A DNA stretch of 64,000 nt, from assembly GCA_963720545.1 (NCBI GenBank), contig OY970399.1, positions 1,760,001 through 1,824,000 on the forward strand. The letters run 5' to 3'. Below the pieces are notes generated by a model that saw nothing but the letters and a program-made list of their open reading frames with translations, was not told the origin of the DNA and searched no databases. This DNA comes from an uncultured Acidobacteriota bacterium. Its GTDB lineage: Bacteria > Acidobacteriota > Vicinamibacteria > Fen-336. Shown piece by piece: positions 1 through 9,343 of the stretch. A program made the position numbers and the translations under genes. Position 1 is the first letter of the stretch; each line of letters begins with the position of its first letter.

Positions 1-57
1 GCGACTCTTGGTCGGGGATCGGAACCGAGCGGGCTTTGGTCGTCGCTAACATGGGGT

Positions 58-3000
58 GTGAGCCTTTCTCCGTTTCATCCGGCGGTACAAGACTGGTTTC
101 GCGCTTCCTTCGCGAAGCCGACGGCTGCCCAGGACAAGGGATGGGCCGCGATCGCGAAGGGTGATTCGACGCTGCTGCTGGCGCCGACGGGCAGTGGCAA
201 GACGCTCGCGGCGTTCCTCTGGTGCCTCAATCGCCTCATGTTCGGGCCGCCGCCCGACGGCAAGCGCCGCACGCGCGTCCTTTATGTATCGCCGCTGAAG
301 GCGCTCGCTGTGGACGTCGAGCGCAACCTGCGGGCGCCGCTCGTCGGCATCGCGCACGCCGCGCAGCGGCTCGGCGTCGCGGCCTACTCGCCCGAGGTCT
401 GGGTGCGCACCGGGGACACGCCCGCGGCCGAGCGCGCGCGTTTCCTCCGCGCGCCGGCCGACATCGTCATCACCACGCCCGAGTCGCTGTTCCTCCTGCT
501 CACTTCGCAGTCGCGCGACGCGTTCGCCACCCTCGATACCGTCATCCTCGACGAGATCCACGCGCTCGTTCCCACCAAGCGCGGCAGCCATCTCGCCTTG
601 TCGCTCGAGCGGCTCGAGAAGCTCGCGAACCGGCCCCTGCAGCGCATCGGCCTGTCGGCGACCCAGCGGCCGCTCGACGAGGTGGCACGTTTCCTCGGCG
701 GCGCCGACACCAGCGTGGCGACTGCGGCGAAGAAGGCGAAGACGCCGAAGGTCGGCAAGCGTTCGGCCGCGGCGGGCATCCATGCAGAGTTCGCCGGTGC
801 CGTGCGCAAGGTGAACTACCGGCCGGTCACTGTCGTCGATTCCGGCACACGCAAGGAACTGAAGCTGCGCATCGAGGTGCCGGTCGAGGACATGGCGAAA
901 CTCGCCGATCCCATCGACATCCCCAGCGGTCCGGCGTCGCAGGGGCCGGTGCGGCCGTCGATCTGGAGCGCCATCCATCCGCGCCTGGTGGAACTGGTGC
1001 GCGCGCACCGCTCGACGCTCATTTTCGTCAACAGCCGACGCGTCGCCGAACGGCTGGCCGGAGCGCTCAACGAGCTTGCCGAAGAGCCGCTGGTACGCGC
1101 CCATCACGGCTCGCTGGCGCGGCCACAGCGCATCGAGATCGAAGAGGCGCTGAAGGCCGGCAAGCTGCGCGGCCTGGTCGCCACGTCGTCGCTCGAGCTC
1201 GGCATCGACATGGGCGCCATCGACCTGGTGATCCAGATCGAGGCGCCGCCATCGGTCGCAAGCGGGCTGCAGCGCATCGGCCGCGGCGGGCATCATGTCG
1301 ATGCGGTCAGCGAAGGGCTCATCTTTCCCAAGTACCGCGGCGACCTGGTGGCGAGCGCCGCGGTTGCGCGCAGCATGCACCGCGGCGAGGTCGAGGCCAT
1401 TCGCTATCCGCGCAACCCGCTCGACGTGCTGGCGCAGCAGGTGGTGGCGGCGGTCGCCATGGATCCGTGGGACCAGGACGAGCTGTTCGCGCTGGTGCGC
1501 GGCGCCGCGCCCTACGCCGACCTCGACCGCTCGGTGTTCGACGGCGTCCTCGACATGCTCGCCGGCCGCTATCCCTCGGACGAATTCGCTGAGCTGAGGC
1601 CGCGCCTCACATGGGACCGGGTGAAGGGCACGCTGGTCACGCGCGAGGGCGCGCGGCGCGTGGCAATCGCGAACGCCGGCACCATCCCCGACCGCGGCCT
1701 CTACAGCGTGTTCCTCGCCGGCGCCGCCCCCGGCACCGCGCGCGTCGGTGAGCTCGATGAGGAAATGGTCTTCGAGACCCATCCCGGCGAGACCTTCGTG
1801 CTGGGCGCTTCCACCTGGCGCATCGAGGAGATCGGCCACGACCGCGTCACTGTGTCGCCGGCGCCGGGCGAGCCGGGCCGCATGCCGTTCTGGAAGGGCG
1901 ATGCCCCGGGCCGGCCGCTCGAGTTCGGCCGCGCCATCGGCGCCCTGGTACGCACCTTGCGGGCGATGCCGCGGTCGGCCGCGCTGGACCGCCTGGTGCG
2001 CGAGCACGACCTCGACCGCCAGGCGGCGGAGAACCTGCTGCAGTATCTCGCCGACCAGCACGAGGCTGTCGGCCACGTGCCGGACGACCGCACCATCGTC
2101 ATCGAGCGCTGCCGCGACGAGCTGGGCGACTGGCGGGTGTGCCTGCTGTCGCCGTTCGGCGGCAAGGTACTGGCGCCGTGGTCCATGGCCATCCTCGCCA
2201 GGATCCACGACCAGGCCGGCCTCGACGTCGAGACGCTCTGGACCAACGACGGCCTGGTGGTGCGCTTCCCCGACACGGACGAGGCTCCCGACCCGCAGCT
2301 GATGCTGCCGGCGGCGGCCGAAGCGGAGGCGCTGATCGTGCGCCAGCTCGGTGCCACCTCGCTGTTCGCCGCCAAGTTCCGCGAGGCCGCCGCGCGCGCC
2401 CTGCTGCTGCCGCGCCGGCGCGTCGGCACGCGCACGCCCTTGTGGCAGCAGAGGAAGCGCGCCGCCGACCTGCTGGCGGTGGCGGCGAAGTTCGGCTCCT
2501 TCCCCATGCTGCTCGAGGCGCACCGCGAGTGCCTGCGCGACCTGTTCGACGTGCCGGCGCTGCTCGAGACACTGCGCGCCATCGAGCGGCGCGAGATCCG
2601 CGTGGTCACGGTCGACTCCACGCAGCCCTCGCCATTCGCCGCCTCGCTGCTCTTCGGCTACGTCGCCGCCTACCTTTACGACGGCGACGCGCCGCTCGCG
2701 GAACGGCGCGCGCAGGCACTGTCGATCGACCACGCGCAGCTGCGAGCACTCATCGGCGAGGCCGAACTGCGCGCCGTGCTCGATGGCGACGCCATCGACA
2801 GTGTCGAGCGCGAGCTGCAGCATCTCGAACCACAACGCCGCTTCAAGACCGCCGACGGCCTGCACGACCTGCTGCTGCGCATCGGCGACCTGGCACCCGA
2901 GGAGATCGCGCAGCGCGCGGCGGTCGAAGCCTGGGAGCCGCTGGTGGCGCGGCTGCGCGCGGAGCGGCGGGTGTTGACGCTCGCGGTTGCCGGCGAGGAG

Positions 3001-4740
3001 CGCGTGGTGGCGGTGGAAGACGCCGCGCGTTTTCGCGATGCGCTCGGCACGCCACTACCGCAGGGTCTGCCGGGCGCCCTGCTCGCCACCGTGCGCGATC
3101 CGCTGCGCGACCTGGTGCTGCGCTACGCGCGCACCCATGGACCGTTCGTGACGCAAGACGTGGCGCTGCGCTTCGGCGTCGCGCGGCCGGCGGTGGAAAA
3201 GGCGCTGGCGCGCGCGGCGGCCGGTGGCCGCATCCTCGAGGGTGAGTTCCGGCCCGGCGGCACGCAGCGCGAGTGGTGCGACTCCTCGGTGCTGTCGCAG
3301 ATCAGGCGGCGCTCGCTGGCGCGGCTGCGCCACGAGGTGGAGCCGGTGGAGGCGGCGGTTCTCGGCCGCTTCTTCACCTCCTGGCAAGGAGTGCTGCGGC
3401 CAAGGCGCGGGCTTGACGCGCTCCTCGACGCCATCGAGACCCTGCAGGGAGTGCCGCTCATCGCCTCGGCGCTCGAGCGCGAGATCCTGCCGGCGCGCAT
3501 CGCCGGCTATGAGCGGCGCGACCTCGACACGCTGCTCGCGGCAGGCGAGGTGCTGTGGTGCGGCGTCGAGCCGCTGGGCGACGCTGACGGCCGCGTCGCT
3601 CTCTACCTCACCGACCACTTCCCCCGCCTCTGGCGCCCGCAGCCGCCGCCTGGCCACGGCGCGGCGCCAGGGAAGCAGGCAGGCGCGGCAGCGCTGTCGC
3701 AACGTGAAGCCGGGGTTGTCGCGCATCTGCAGAAGGAGGGCGCGTCCTTCTTCGCCGCCGTGCACGAAGCGGCGGGCGGCGGCTATCCGCGCGACACGCT
3801 CGACGCCATCTGGAACCTCGTCTGGCGCGGGCTCCTCACCAACGATTCGCTGCAGCCGCTGCGCGCCTTCCTTGGCAGCCGCTCGTCGCGCTCCGGACGG
3901 CGCACGGCGCCCGGCAGTGCCATGGCACGCGCGTTCCGTTCGCGGCGGCAGACGCCAAGCGCCGCTGAAGGCCGCTGGTCGCTGCTGGCCCCACGGCTGC
4001 GCCCGCTGAGCGCAACGGCGTGGAGCGCGGCGCTTGCACAGCAGCTGCTGCAGCGCTACGGCCTGGTCGCGCGCGAGACGCCGGCGGCCGAGCAGGTCTA
4101 CGGCGGGTTCTCGGCGGTCTACGACGTGCTCAAGACCATGGAGGAAAGCGGCCGCGTGCGCCGCGGGTTGTTCGTGTCCGGCGTCGGCGCGCTGCAGTTC
4201 GCGCTGCCGCAGGCGCTTGACCTGCTGCGCTCGCTGCGCACGCCGCCCGAGGTGCTCGAAGTGGTGGTGCTCGCGGCTTCCGACCCCGCGAACCCGTACG
4301 GCACCGTGCTGCGCTGGCCGGCGGCCGCGGCCGCACGCACGCCCTCGCGCGCGGCGGGTGCGCGCGTGGTGCTGGTGAGCGGCGCCGCCGCCGCGTACCT
4401 TGGCAAGGGTGGGAAACAGCTGCTGACGTGGCTGCCGGAGGACGATCCCGATCGTGCGCCGATGGCGCGTGCGATCGCACGGGCGCTGGCCGAAGACAGC
4501 CAGCGGCATGCGGCGCTCTACACCGAGATCGACGCGCTGGCGGCGGCCGAGCATCCGCTGGCGCCGTTCCTCGTCGACGCCGGCTTCGTGCGCACGCATC
4601 AGGGCCTGCAGCTCGGCCAGCGCCGCGCACTCGAGATCGCCGCGGCGGCCGTTGCGGCGGCAGCCGGCGCGGCACCAATCGGTGCGGCCACGACAGGTGC
4701 AGCGGGTTCGGAGGCAGACCGGCCGGGCGCCGATGCCTGA
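58..4740 (+). CDS. lhr: Lhr-family large ATP-dependent SF2 (DEAD/DEAH) helicase, long form with C-terminal extension
   Basis: 1560 aa; APTGSGKT Walker A, DEIH, GLSAT, HHGSL, ATSSLELGID, QRIGRGGH; Lhr-typical GTIPD and GELDEEMV; GTG start. Confidence 0.93.
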   Translation: MSLSPFHPAVQDWFRASFAKPTAAQDKGWAAIAKGDSTLLLAPTGSGKTLAAFLWCLNRLMFGPPPDGKRRTRVLYVSPLKALAVDVERNLRAPLVGIAHAAQRLGVAAYSPEVWVRTGDTPAAERARFLRAPADIVITTPESLFLLLTSQSRDAFATLDTVILDEIHALVPTKRGSHLALSLERLEKLANRPLQRIGLSATQRPLDEVARFLGGADTSVATAAKKAKTPKVGKRSAAAGIHAEFAGAVRKVNYRPVTVVDSGTRKELKLRIEVPVEDMAKLADPIDIPSGPASQGPVRPSIWSAIHPRLVELVRAHRSTLIFVNSRRVAERLAGALNELAEEPLVRAHHGSLARPQRIEIEEALKAGKLRGLVATSSLELGIDMGAIDLVIQIEAPPSVASGLQRIGRGGHHVDAVSEGLIFPKYRGDLVASAAVARSMHRGEVEAIRYPRNPLDVLAQQVVAAVAMDPWDQDELFALVRGAAPYADLDRSVFDGVLDMLAGRYPSDEFAELRPRLTWDRVKGTLVTREGARRVAIANAGTIPDRGLYSVFLAGAAPGTARVGELDEEMVFETHPGETFVLGASTWRIEEIGHDRVTVSPAPGEPGRMPFWKGDAPGRPLEFGRAIGALVRTLRAMPRSAALDRLVREHDLDRQAAENLLQYLADQHEAVGHVPDDRTIVIERCRDELGDWRVCLLSPFGGKVLAPWSMAILARIHDQAGLDVETLWTNDGLVVRFPDTDEAPDPQLMLPAAAEAEALIVRQLGATSLFAAKFREAAARALLLPRRRVGTRTPLWQQRKRAADLLAVAAKFGSFPMLLEAHRECLRDLFDVPALLETLRAIERREIRVVTVDSTQPSPFAASLLFGYVAAYLYDGDAPLAERRAQALSIDHAQLRALIGEAELRAVLDGDAIDSVERELQHLEPQRRFKTADGLHDLLLRIGDLAPEEIAQRAAVEAWEPLVARLRAERRVLTLAVAGEERVVAVEDAARFRDALGTPLPQGLPGALLATVRDPLRDLVLRYARTHGPFVTQDVALRFGVARPAVEKALARAAAGGRILEGEFRPGGTQREWCDSSVLSQIRRRSLARLRHEVEPVEAAVLGRFFTSWQGVLRPRRGLDALLDAIETLQGVPLIASALEREILPARIAGYERRDLDTLLAAGEVLWCGVEPLGDADGRVALYLTDHFPRLWRPQPPPGHGAAPGKQAGAAALSQREAGVVAHLQKEGASFFAAVHEAAGGGYPRDTLDAIWNLVWRGLLTNDSLQPLRAFLGSRSSRSGRRTAPGSAMARAFRSRRQTPSAAEGRWSLLAPRLRPLSATAWSAALAQQLLQRYGLVARETPAAEQVYGGFSAVYDVLKTMEESGRVRRGLFVSGVGALQFALPQALDLLRSLRTPPEVLEVVVLAASDPANPYGTVLRWPAAAAARTPSRAAGARVVLVSGAAAAYLGKGGKQLLTWLPEDDPDRAPMARAIARALAEDSQRHAALYTEIDALAAAEHPLAPFLVDAGFVRTHQGLQLGQRRALEIAAAAVAAAAGAAPIGAATTGAAGSEADRPGADA

Positions 4741-5563
4741 AGGCGACACTCTCTTCCGCACCGCGCGCACTCTGCAGCGCGCGCTCGCGGGCCACGTGGT
4801 GACGCGCTTCGAATCGGCGTATCCGGCGCTCACACGGGTCGATGAAGATCAGCACGTGGAGGGGCGCGTGATCGACAAGGTCGAGGCGCGCGGCAAGAAC
4901 CTGCTCATGCACTTCGCCGGCGGTCTCATCCTGCGCACCCACCTGCGGATGAACGGCAGCTGGCATATCTATCGCCCCGGCGAGGCCTGGCAGCGGCCGC
5001 GGCGCGACGCCCGCATCGTCATCGAGACCGATGCCTTCGTCGCGGTTGGCTTCACCATCCCGGTTGCGGTCTTCGAGACCACCCACACCGTCGAGCGGCA
5101 CGAGGCGCTGGGCCGGCTCGGCGCCGACCTGCTGGCCGCCGAGCCCGACCTGGGCGACATGTTGCGGCGAATTCGGGCGCGACCGCAGGAAGAGATCGGC
5201 GAAGCGCTGCTCAACCAGCGCGTGCTCGCCGGGATAGGCAACGTCTTCAAGTCGGAGACGCTGCACGCGGCTTCGGTCAACCCGTTCCGCGTTGTCGGCA
5301 GCCTCGGCGACGACGACCTGCAGCGCATCGTCGCCACCGCTCGCGACCTGCTGCGCGCCAACGTGCGCAGCGACTCGCCGGGAATGATCGTCACGACCCG
5401 CAGCGTCCGGCCCGCGGCGATGGTCATGGATCCGGAGGACGCGCTGCACGTGTACGGGCGCCGCGGCAAGCCGTGCCGCCGCTGCGGTGCGCCGATCTCG
5501 TGGCGGCGCCAGGGTCACTACGCACGCAGCACCTACTGGTGCCCCGCGTGTCAACCCGCGTAG
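4733..5563 (+). CDS. nei: Fpg/Nei-family DNA glycosylase/AP lyase
   Basis: N-terminal MPEGDT catalytic motif, RGKNL, HLRMNG, H2TH LLNQRVLAGIGNVFKSE, C-terminal CRRC..CPAC zinc finger; ATG overlaps the lhr stop (ATGCCTGA). Confidence 0.92.
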   Translation: MPEGDTLFRTARTLQRALAGHVVTRFESAYPALTRVDEDQHVEGRVIDKVEARGKNLLMHFAGGLILRTHLRMNGSWHIYRPGEAWQRPRRDARIVIETDAFVAVGFTIPVAVFETTHTVERHEALGRLGADLLAAEPDLGDMLRRIRARPQEEIGEALLNQRVLAGIGNVFKSETLHAASVNPFRVVGSLGDDDLQRIVATARDLLRANVRSDSPGMIVTTRSVRPAAMVMDPEDALHVYGRRGKPCRRCGAPISWRRQGHYARSTYWCPACQPA

Positions 5564-5580
5564 CCCCGTGTTCCCGAGCA

Positions 5581-5683
5581 GCCCGTATTCCCGAGGAGTC
5601 CATCGCTTGCGCTGCGACCGAGGGATCTCGCTGCGCCCGTATTCCCGAGGAGCCCATCGTTTGCGCTGCGATCGAGGGATCTC
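5581..5683 (+). repeat. Two tandem 49-bp REP-like direct repeats (5581-5629, 5635-5683; period 54), with a partial third copy at ~5565-5582
   Basis: gcccgtattcccgaggag(t/c)ccatcg(c/t)ttgcgctgcga(c/t)cgagggatctc, 3 mismatches between copies. Confidence 0.9.
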
Positions 5684-5687
5684 ACTT

Positions 5688-5711
5688 GCAACTGCGTCCG
5701 GACGCAGTTGC
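5688..5711. repeat. Perfect 24-bp palindrome GCAACTGCGTCCGGACGCAGTTGC
   Basis: Read directly; the 20-mer actgcgtccggacgcagttg recurs at 5951-5970. Confidence 0.95.
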
Positions 5712-5950
5712 CTTACCGATCGCCACACTCTGCAGCGGACGACGGTGCGACATCACGGTCGGCGAGTGGTTCGGAGCGCGGGCGATGCGGCCCGCGAACT
5801 CCAAGCCCCGAAGCCTCGAGTAGCGCATGTCGTTGACCGCGCTGCGAAGGGCCCACCAGCGGACGCCCTCGAACTAGTTCCGGAACGAGTGGCACCATCC
5901 TTCGCGCCAACTGCATCATAGCTGCTGCGTTTCGGCATTCAGCTTGGTGG

Positions 5951-5970
5951 ACTGCGTCCGGACGCAGTTG
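5951..5970. repeat. Second copy of the palindrome (18-bp perfect core ACTGCGTCCGGACGCAGT)
   Basis: Identical to 5691-5710. Confidence 0.95.
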
Positions 5971-5995
5971 ACTATGTGCGTTGGACGGAAAAGGT

Positions 5996-6045
5996 GGATC
6001 CCTCGGACGCAGCGGCAAGCGATGCACGCCCTTCGGGAAAACGGC
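5996..6045 (-). repeat. Diverged inverted copy of the 49-bp repeat
   Basis: Reverse complement reads gccgttttcccgaagggcgtgcatcgcttgccgctgcgtccgagggatcc, which aligns to the 5581/5635 unit. Confidence 0.8.
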
Positions 6046-6095
6046 ACCAAGGTACCGACGCTGACGCAAGCGCCAGGGGGACGACAGGAAAGGAA

Positions 6096-6135
6096 ATCGA
6101 CGGATTGGACGGGGACGGAGAGCCAATCCGTCGAT
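6096..6135. terminator. Strong hairpin (13-bp perfect stem, 14-nt loop) between convergent genes; possible terminator for the minus-strand sulfatase genes
   Basis: ATCGACGGATTGG ... CCAATCCGTCGAT; followed on the minus strand by TTCCTTTCCT. Confidence 0.55.
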
Positions 6136-6188
6136 CGGGTGGGTCCTTCGGGCCAGCGCAAGCGCAAGGAGCCTTCAGGACTTCGCGG

Positions 6189-7730
6189 CTATTGCAGGTA
6201 TCCGAGCGCCTTGAGCTCAGCGATTGTGGCTTCGTCCATCGGCACACGGCGTGCGCGGCCGGTGCGTGCGGCTAATGCGCGCCGCAGCTCGGCGTCGTAG
6301 CGCGCCGCCAGTTCCCGCTGCGTGCCGCGCGCCAACAGGTTGATGCGCTCGCCGGGATCGGCGCGCAGGTCGTAGAGTTCGGCGGCGCCGGCAGCGCTGT
6401 CGGTCACCACTATAGGCGGCAGCCGCGGCCGGCCATAGCGGTGCACCTCCTGCGGCGTCATCGACAGGATGTACTTGTAGCGGTCGGTGCGCAGGCTCTT
6501 TGCCTCGCTGCGGCCCATCAGCGACTCGCTGAGCGCCGCGCGCTCGCCTTCACCTCCGCGCACCCCTCCGCTGCCGCTTTCCCAGAGAGCGCGCAGCGAG
6601 CGGCCCTGCACCGCGACGGGCACCGCGATGCCGGCGATGTCGAGGATCGTCGGCAGCACGTCGATGGCGCGGGTCACCGCGGCCACGCGCGTGCCGGCGT
6701 GCTGCGAGCCTGGCAGCTTGACGATCAGCGGCACGTGCGTGAGCTCGTCGTGGAGCGTGTTGCCGTGGGTGTTGTAGAAGCGGCCGTCGCGTTCCTCCGA
6801 GCCGAAGGCGCCGGCAGTCTCGCCAAGCTGCTCGCCATGGTCGCTGGTGAGCACGATGAGCGTGTCGTCGTAGAGCCGGCGGCTGCGGAGCCGCTCGACC
6901 AGCCGGCCGACGGCGCGATCGGCAGACCGGACGCCGCCGTCGTAGAGCGCCGACACCACCTCGGGGCGAAAGGCACGGCGCCGCTCGAGCAGCTTCTGCA
7001 GCTTGCCCGCGTCGATGCGCGCCTGCGGGTCGCGGCCAAGCCGCGCCACCTGCGCCGCGAGCGCACGTCCCGCACCTTGCGGCAGCAGCCGCTCGTCGTC
7101 GAGGAACTCGCCGTTGAGGTAGGGTGCGTGCACCTCGAAGGTGTGCCAGAAGATGAAGAACGGCGCATCCTGCTCGCGTTCGACCGCCGCCAGCAGCCGC
7201 GCGAGGTTCTTCTCGTTCAGCTTGCGCATGAAGGTGTGGTAGCGGACGAAACCTCGGCCGAAGCCAACCCGCGGGTCCATGGTGCTGCCGCCGGTGAACG
7301 CCACCGAACGATAGCCGCTGGCCGAGAGCAGGCCGGGCAGCGTCTGGTGCTCGTCGCCCAGGGTCTCGAAACCGTAGCCCTCCTCGAGCGCATCGCGCAG
7401 TTCTTCGAGCGGCCGGGTGACGCCGTGCGCCGACGGCAGCAGGCCGGTGAAGATGGTCATGTGGCTCGGCGTCGTCCACGGCGCTGCCGCGATCTGGCGC
7501 TCGAAGAGGACGGCGTCTTTCGCGAGCGCGCCGATCGCCGGGCTCGTCGGTCGCGCGGCGTAACCGTAAGGCGTGAGGCGGTCGGCGCGCAGCGTGTCGA
7601 TCGAGATCAGGATGACGTTGGGCCGCGCGGCGCGCGCTCCGCCGCCGGGCGGCGCTGCGGAGCGGCAGGCTGCCAGCAGGTAGAGCGCGCCCACGATGAG
7701 GAAAGCCTGCGCCGGCGAACGACGGGACAC
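6189..7730 (-). CDS. Sulfatase-like (alkaline phosphatase superfamily) hydrolase, probable lipoprotein
   Basis: PNVILISIDTLRAD, APWTTPSH, HAPY, SDHGE, VPLIVK; lipobox-like LAAC. Confidence 0.85.
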   Translation of the reverse strand: MSRRSPAQAFLIVGALYLLAACRSAAPPGGGARAARPNVILISIDTLRADRLTPYGYAARPTSPAIGALAKDAVLFERQIAAAPWTTPSHMTIFTGLLPSAHGVTRPLEELRDALEEGYGFETLGDEHQTLPGLLSASGYRSVAFTGGSTMDPRVGFGRGFVRYHTFMRKLNEKNLARLLAAVEREQDAPFFIFWHTFEVHAPYLNGEFLDDERLLPQGAGRALAAQVARLGRDPQARIDAGKLQKLLERRRAFRPEVVSALYDGGVRSADRAVGRLVERLRSRRLYDDTLIVLTSDHGEQLGETAGAFGSEERDGRFYNTHGNTLHDELTHVPLIVKLPGSQHAGTRVAAVTRAIDVLPTILDIAGIAVPVAVQGRSLRALWESGSGGVRGGEGERAALSESLMGRSEAKSLRTDRYKYILSMTPQEVHRYGRPRLPPIVVTDSAAGAAELYDLRADPGERINLLARGTQRELAARYDAELRRALAARTGRARRVPMDEATIAELKALGYLQ

Positions 7731-7773
7731 TTTGCCCGGATTGAACTACGGGGCTTGGGCGGGTTGCAACCTT

Positions 7774-9321
7774 TTAGTGCACATAGCCGAGGGCGCGCAG
7801 CTTTTCGAGAGCCTCGGCGTCCATCGGTACGGCGGCTGGCCGGCTGCCATGCGCGGCGACGGCGCCGCGCAGCTCGGCATCCATCCGGCGCGCGGTCACA
7901 GCGTCGCCCGCGGCGCCACGCGCGAACAGCAGGTTGCGCATCTCGCCGGGATCGCGCGCGAGATCGAAGAGCTGCACCAGCTCCGGCGCAGCCGGGATCG
8001 CCCTGCGGCCCGCGGCCTCGACCTGGGCGGGCGACATCGAGACGACGTACTTGTAGCGGCCGCGGCGCAGGCTCTTCGCTTCGCGGCGGCTGCCGAGCGC
8101 CTCGCTGACCGCGGCGCGCGGCGCGCGTTCGGTTCCGAGCCACAGGGGCTGCAGCGACGCGCCCTGCACGCGTGGCGGCGCTTCCAGGCCGAGCAGGTCG
8201 AGGACGGTCGGCATCACGTCGATGGCGCGCGACACCGGCTGCACGCGCATGCCGCGGTGCGCATTGCCGGCGAGCTTCACCAGCAGCGGGATGCGCACCA
8301 GCTCCTCGTGCAGCGTGTTGCCGTGGGTGTCGTAGAAGGCGCCGTTGCGGGCGCGGCTGCCGCCGGCGCCATGCGCTTCGCCCAGCTGCTCGCCGTGGTC
8401 GCTGGTCACGATCACGAGCGCATCGTCGTAGGTGCCGCTCGCCCTGAGGTGCGCGAACAGGCGCCCGAGCCAGCGGTCGGCCGACGCCACGCCGCCGTCG
8501 TAGAGCGCCGAAGCCACGGTGCTGTTGAAGGCGTCGCGGCGGTGCATGGCGCGGCGCGCGCTGCGCGCGTCGAGGACGCCGGCGTTCGCCGCGCTCAACG
8601 CGTCGAGGTCGGCCTGCAACGCGGTGGCGCCATCGGCCGCGAGCGCCTCCTCCTCGAGGTCGTCCAGGAACTCGCCGCGCAGGTACGGCGCGTGCACCTC
8701 GAAGGTGTGGAAGAAGAGGAAGAATGGCTTGTCGCGCTGTGCGTCGAGCCACGCCAGCATCGGCGCCATGCGCGCGCCGTCGAGCTTGCCCATCGACGAG
8801 TCATAACGCGCGAAGCCGCGTTCGAAGCCGATGCGCGGGTCGAGCGTCACGCCGCCGGTGAAGGCGGCGGTCGCGTAGCCGGCGCTCGCCAGCACCTCGG
8901 GCAGCGTCTTGTGGTCGTCCGCGAGCCGCTCGAAGACCGGCGGCGTCTTCGCCGCGCGGTCTTCGGCCAGGCCGAAAGGACGGGTCACGCCGTGGGCCGA
9001 CGGCAGCAGCGAGGTGAACAGGCTGATGTGGCTTGGCGTGGTCCACGGCGAGGCCGAGACGTGGTTCTCGAAAAGAACCGCGTCCTTCGCCAGCGCGTCG
9101 AGGTTCGGGCTCGTCGCGCGCTGCCGATAGCCATACGCGTTCAGCCGGTCAGCGCGCAGCGTGTCGATCGACACCAGGATGACGGCGCGCGGCGCGGCTC
9201 TGCCTGAGCCGGGGCCTGAGCCGGGGCCAGGGACTGCGGCCGGTGACGGCGCGGCGCGACAGCCCGGGACTGCTGCAAGGGCGGACAGGGCCAGCGCGGC
9301 GAACCGGGCGCGGCGAGACAT
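7774..9321 (-). CDS. Sulfatase-like hydrolase, paralog of 6189-7730
   Basis: VILVSIDTLRAD, SPWTTPSH, HTFEVHAPY, SDHGEQLGE, THGNTLHEEL, C-terminal LRALGY; signal peptide ending near VPGC. Confidence 0.85.
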   Translation of the reverse strand: MSRRARFAALALSALAAVPGCRAAPSPAAVPGPGSGPGSGRAAPRAVILVSIDTLRADRLNAYGYRQRATSPNLDALAKDAVLFENHVSASPWTTPSHISLFTSLLPSAHGVTRPFGLAEDRAAKTPPVFERLADDHKTLPEVLASAGYATAAFTGGVTLDPRIGFERGFARYDSSMGKLDGARMAPMLAWLDAQRDKPFFLFFHTFEVHAPYLRGEFLDDLEEEALAADGATALQADLDALSAANAGVLDARSARRAMHRRDAFNSTVASALYDGGVASADRWLGRLFAHLRASGTYDDALVIVTSDHGEQLGEAHGAGGSRARNGAFYDTHGNTLHEELVRIPLLVKLAGNAHRGMRVQPVSRAIDVMPTVLDLLGLEAPPRVQGASLQPLWLGTERAPRAAVSEALGSRREAKSLRRGRYKYVVSMSPAQVEAAGRRAIPAAPELVQLFDLARDPGEMRNLLFARGAAGDAVTARRMDAELRGAVAAHGSRPAAVPMDAEALEKLRALGYVH

Positions 9322-9343
9322 TGGAACGATGTTAAACGCCCGG

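Noticed and set aside
46..2865. 939-aa antisense ORF, and similar long shadow ORFs such as 13059-17126 (+), 41026-43677 (+) and 59704-62298 (+)
   Set aside because: They lie opposite or out of frame with well-supported genes and have no recognisable motifs. Such ORFs are expected in high-GC DNA with few stop codons.
5581..5683. Direct repeats considered as a CRISPR array
   Set aside because: Only two full 49-bp units separated by 5 bp, no unique spacers of typical length, and no cas genes.
5473..6300. Short ORFs across the repeat region (5473-5823, 5487-5921, 5713-6126, 5944-6300, 5976-6275)
   Set aside because: They translate repeats and palindromes, show no recognisable motifs and lack the codon pattern of neighbouring genes. 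A decayed gene remnant at 5712-5950 cannot be excluded.
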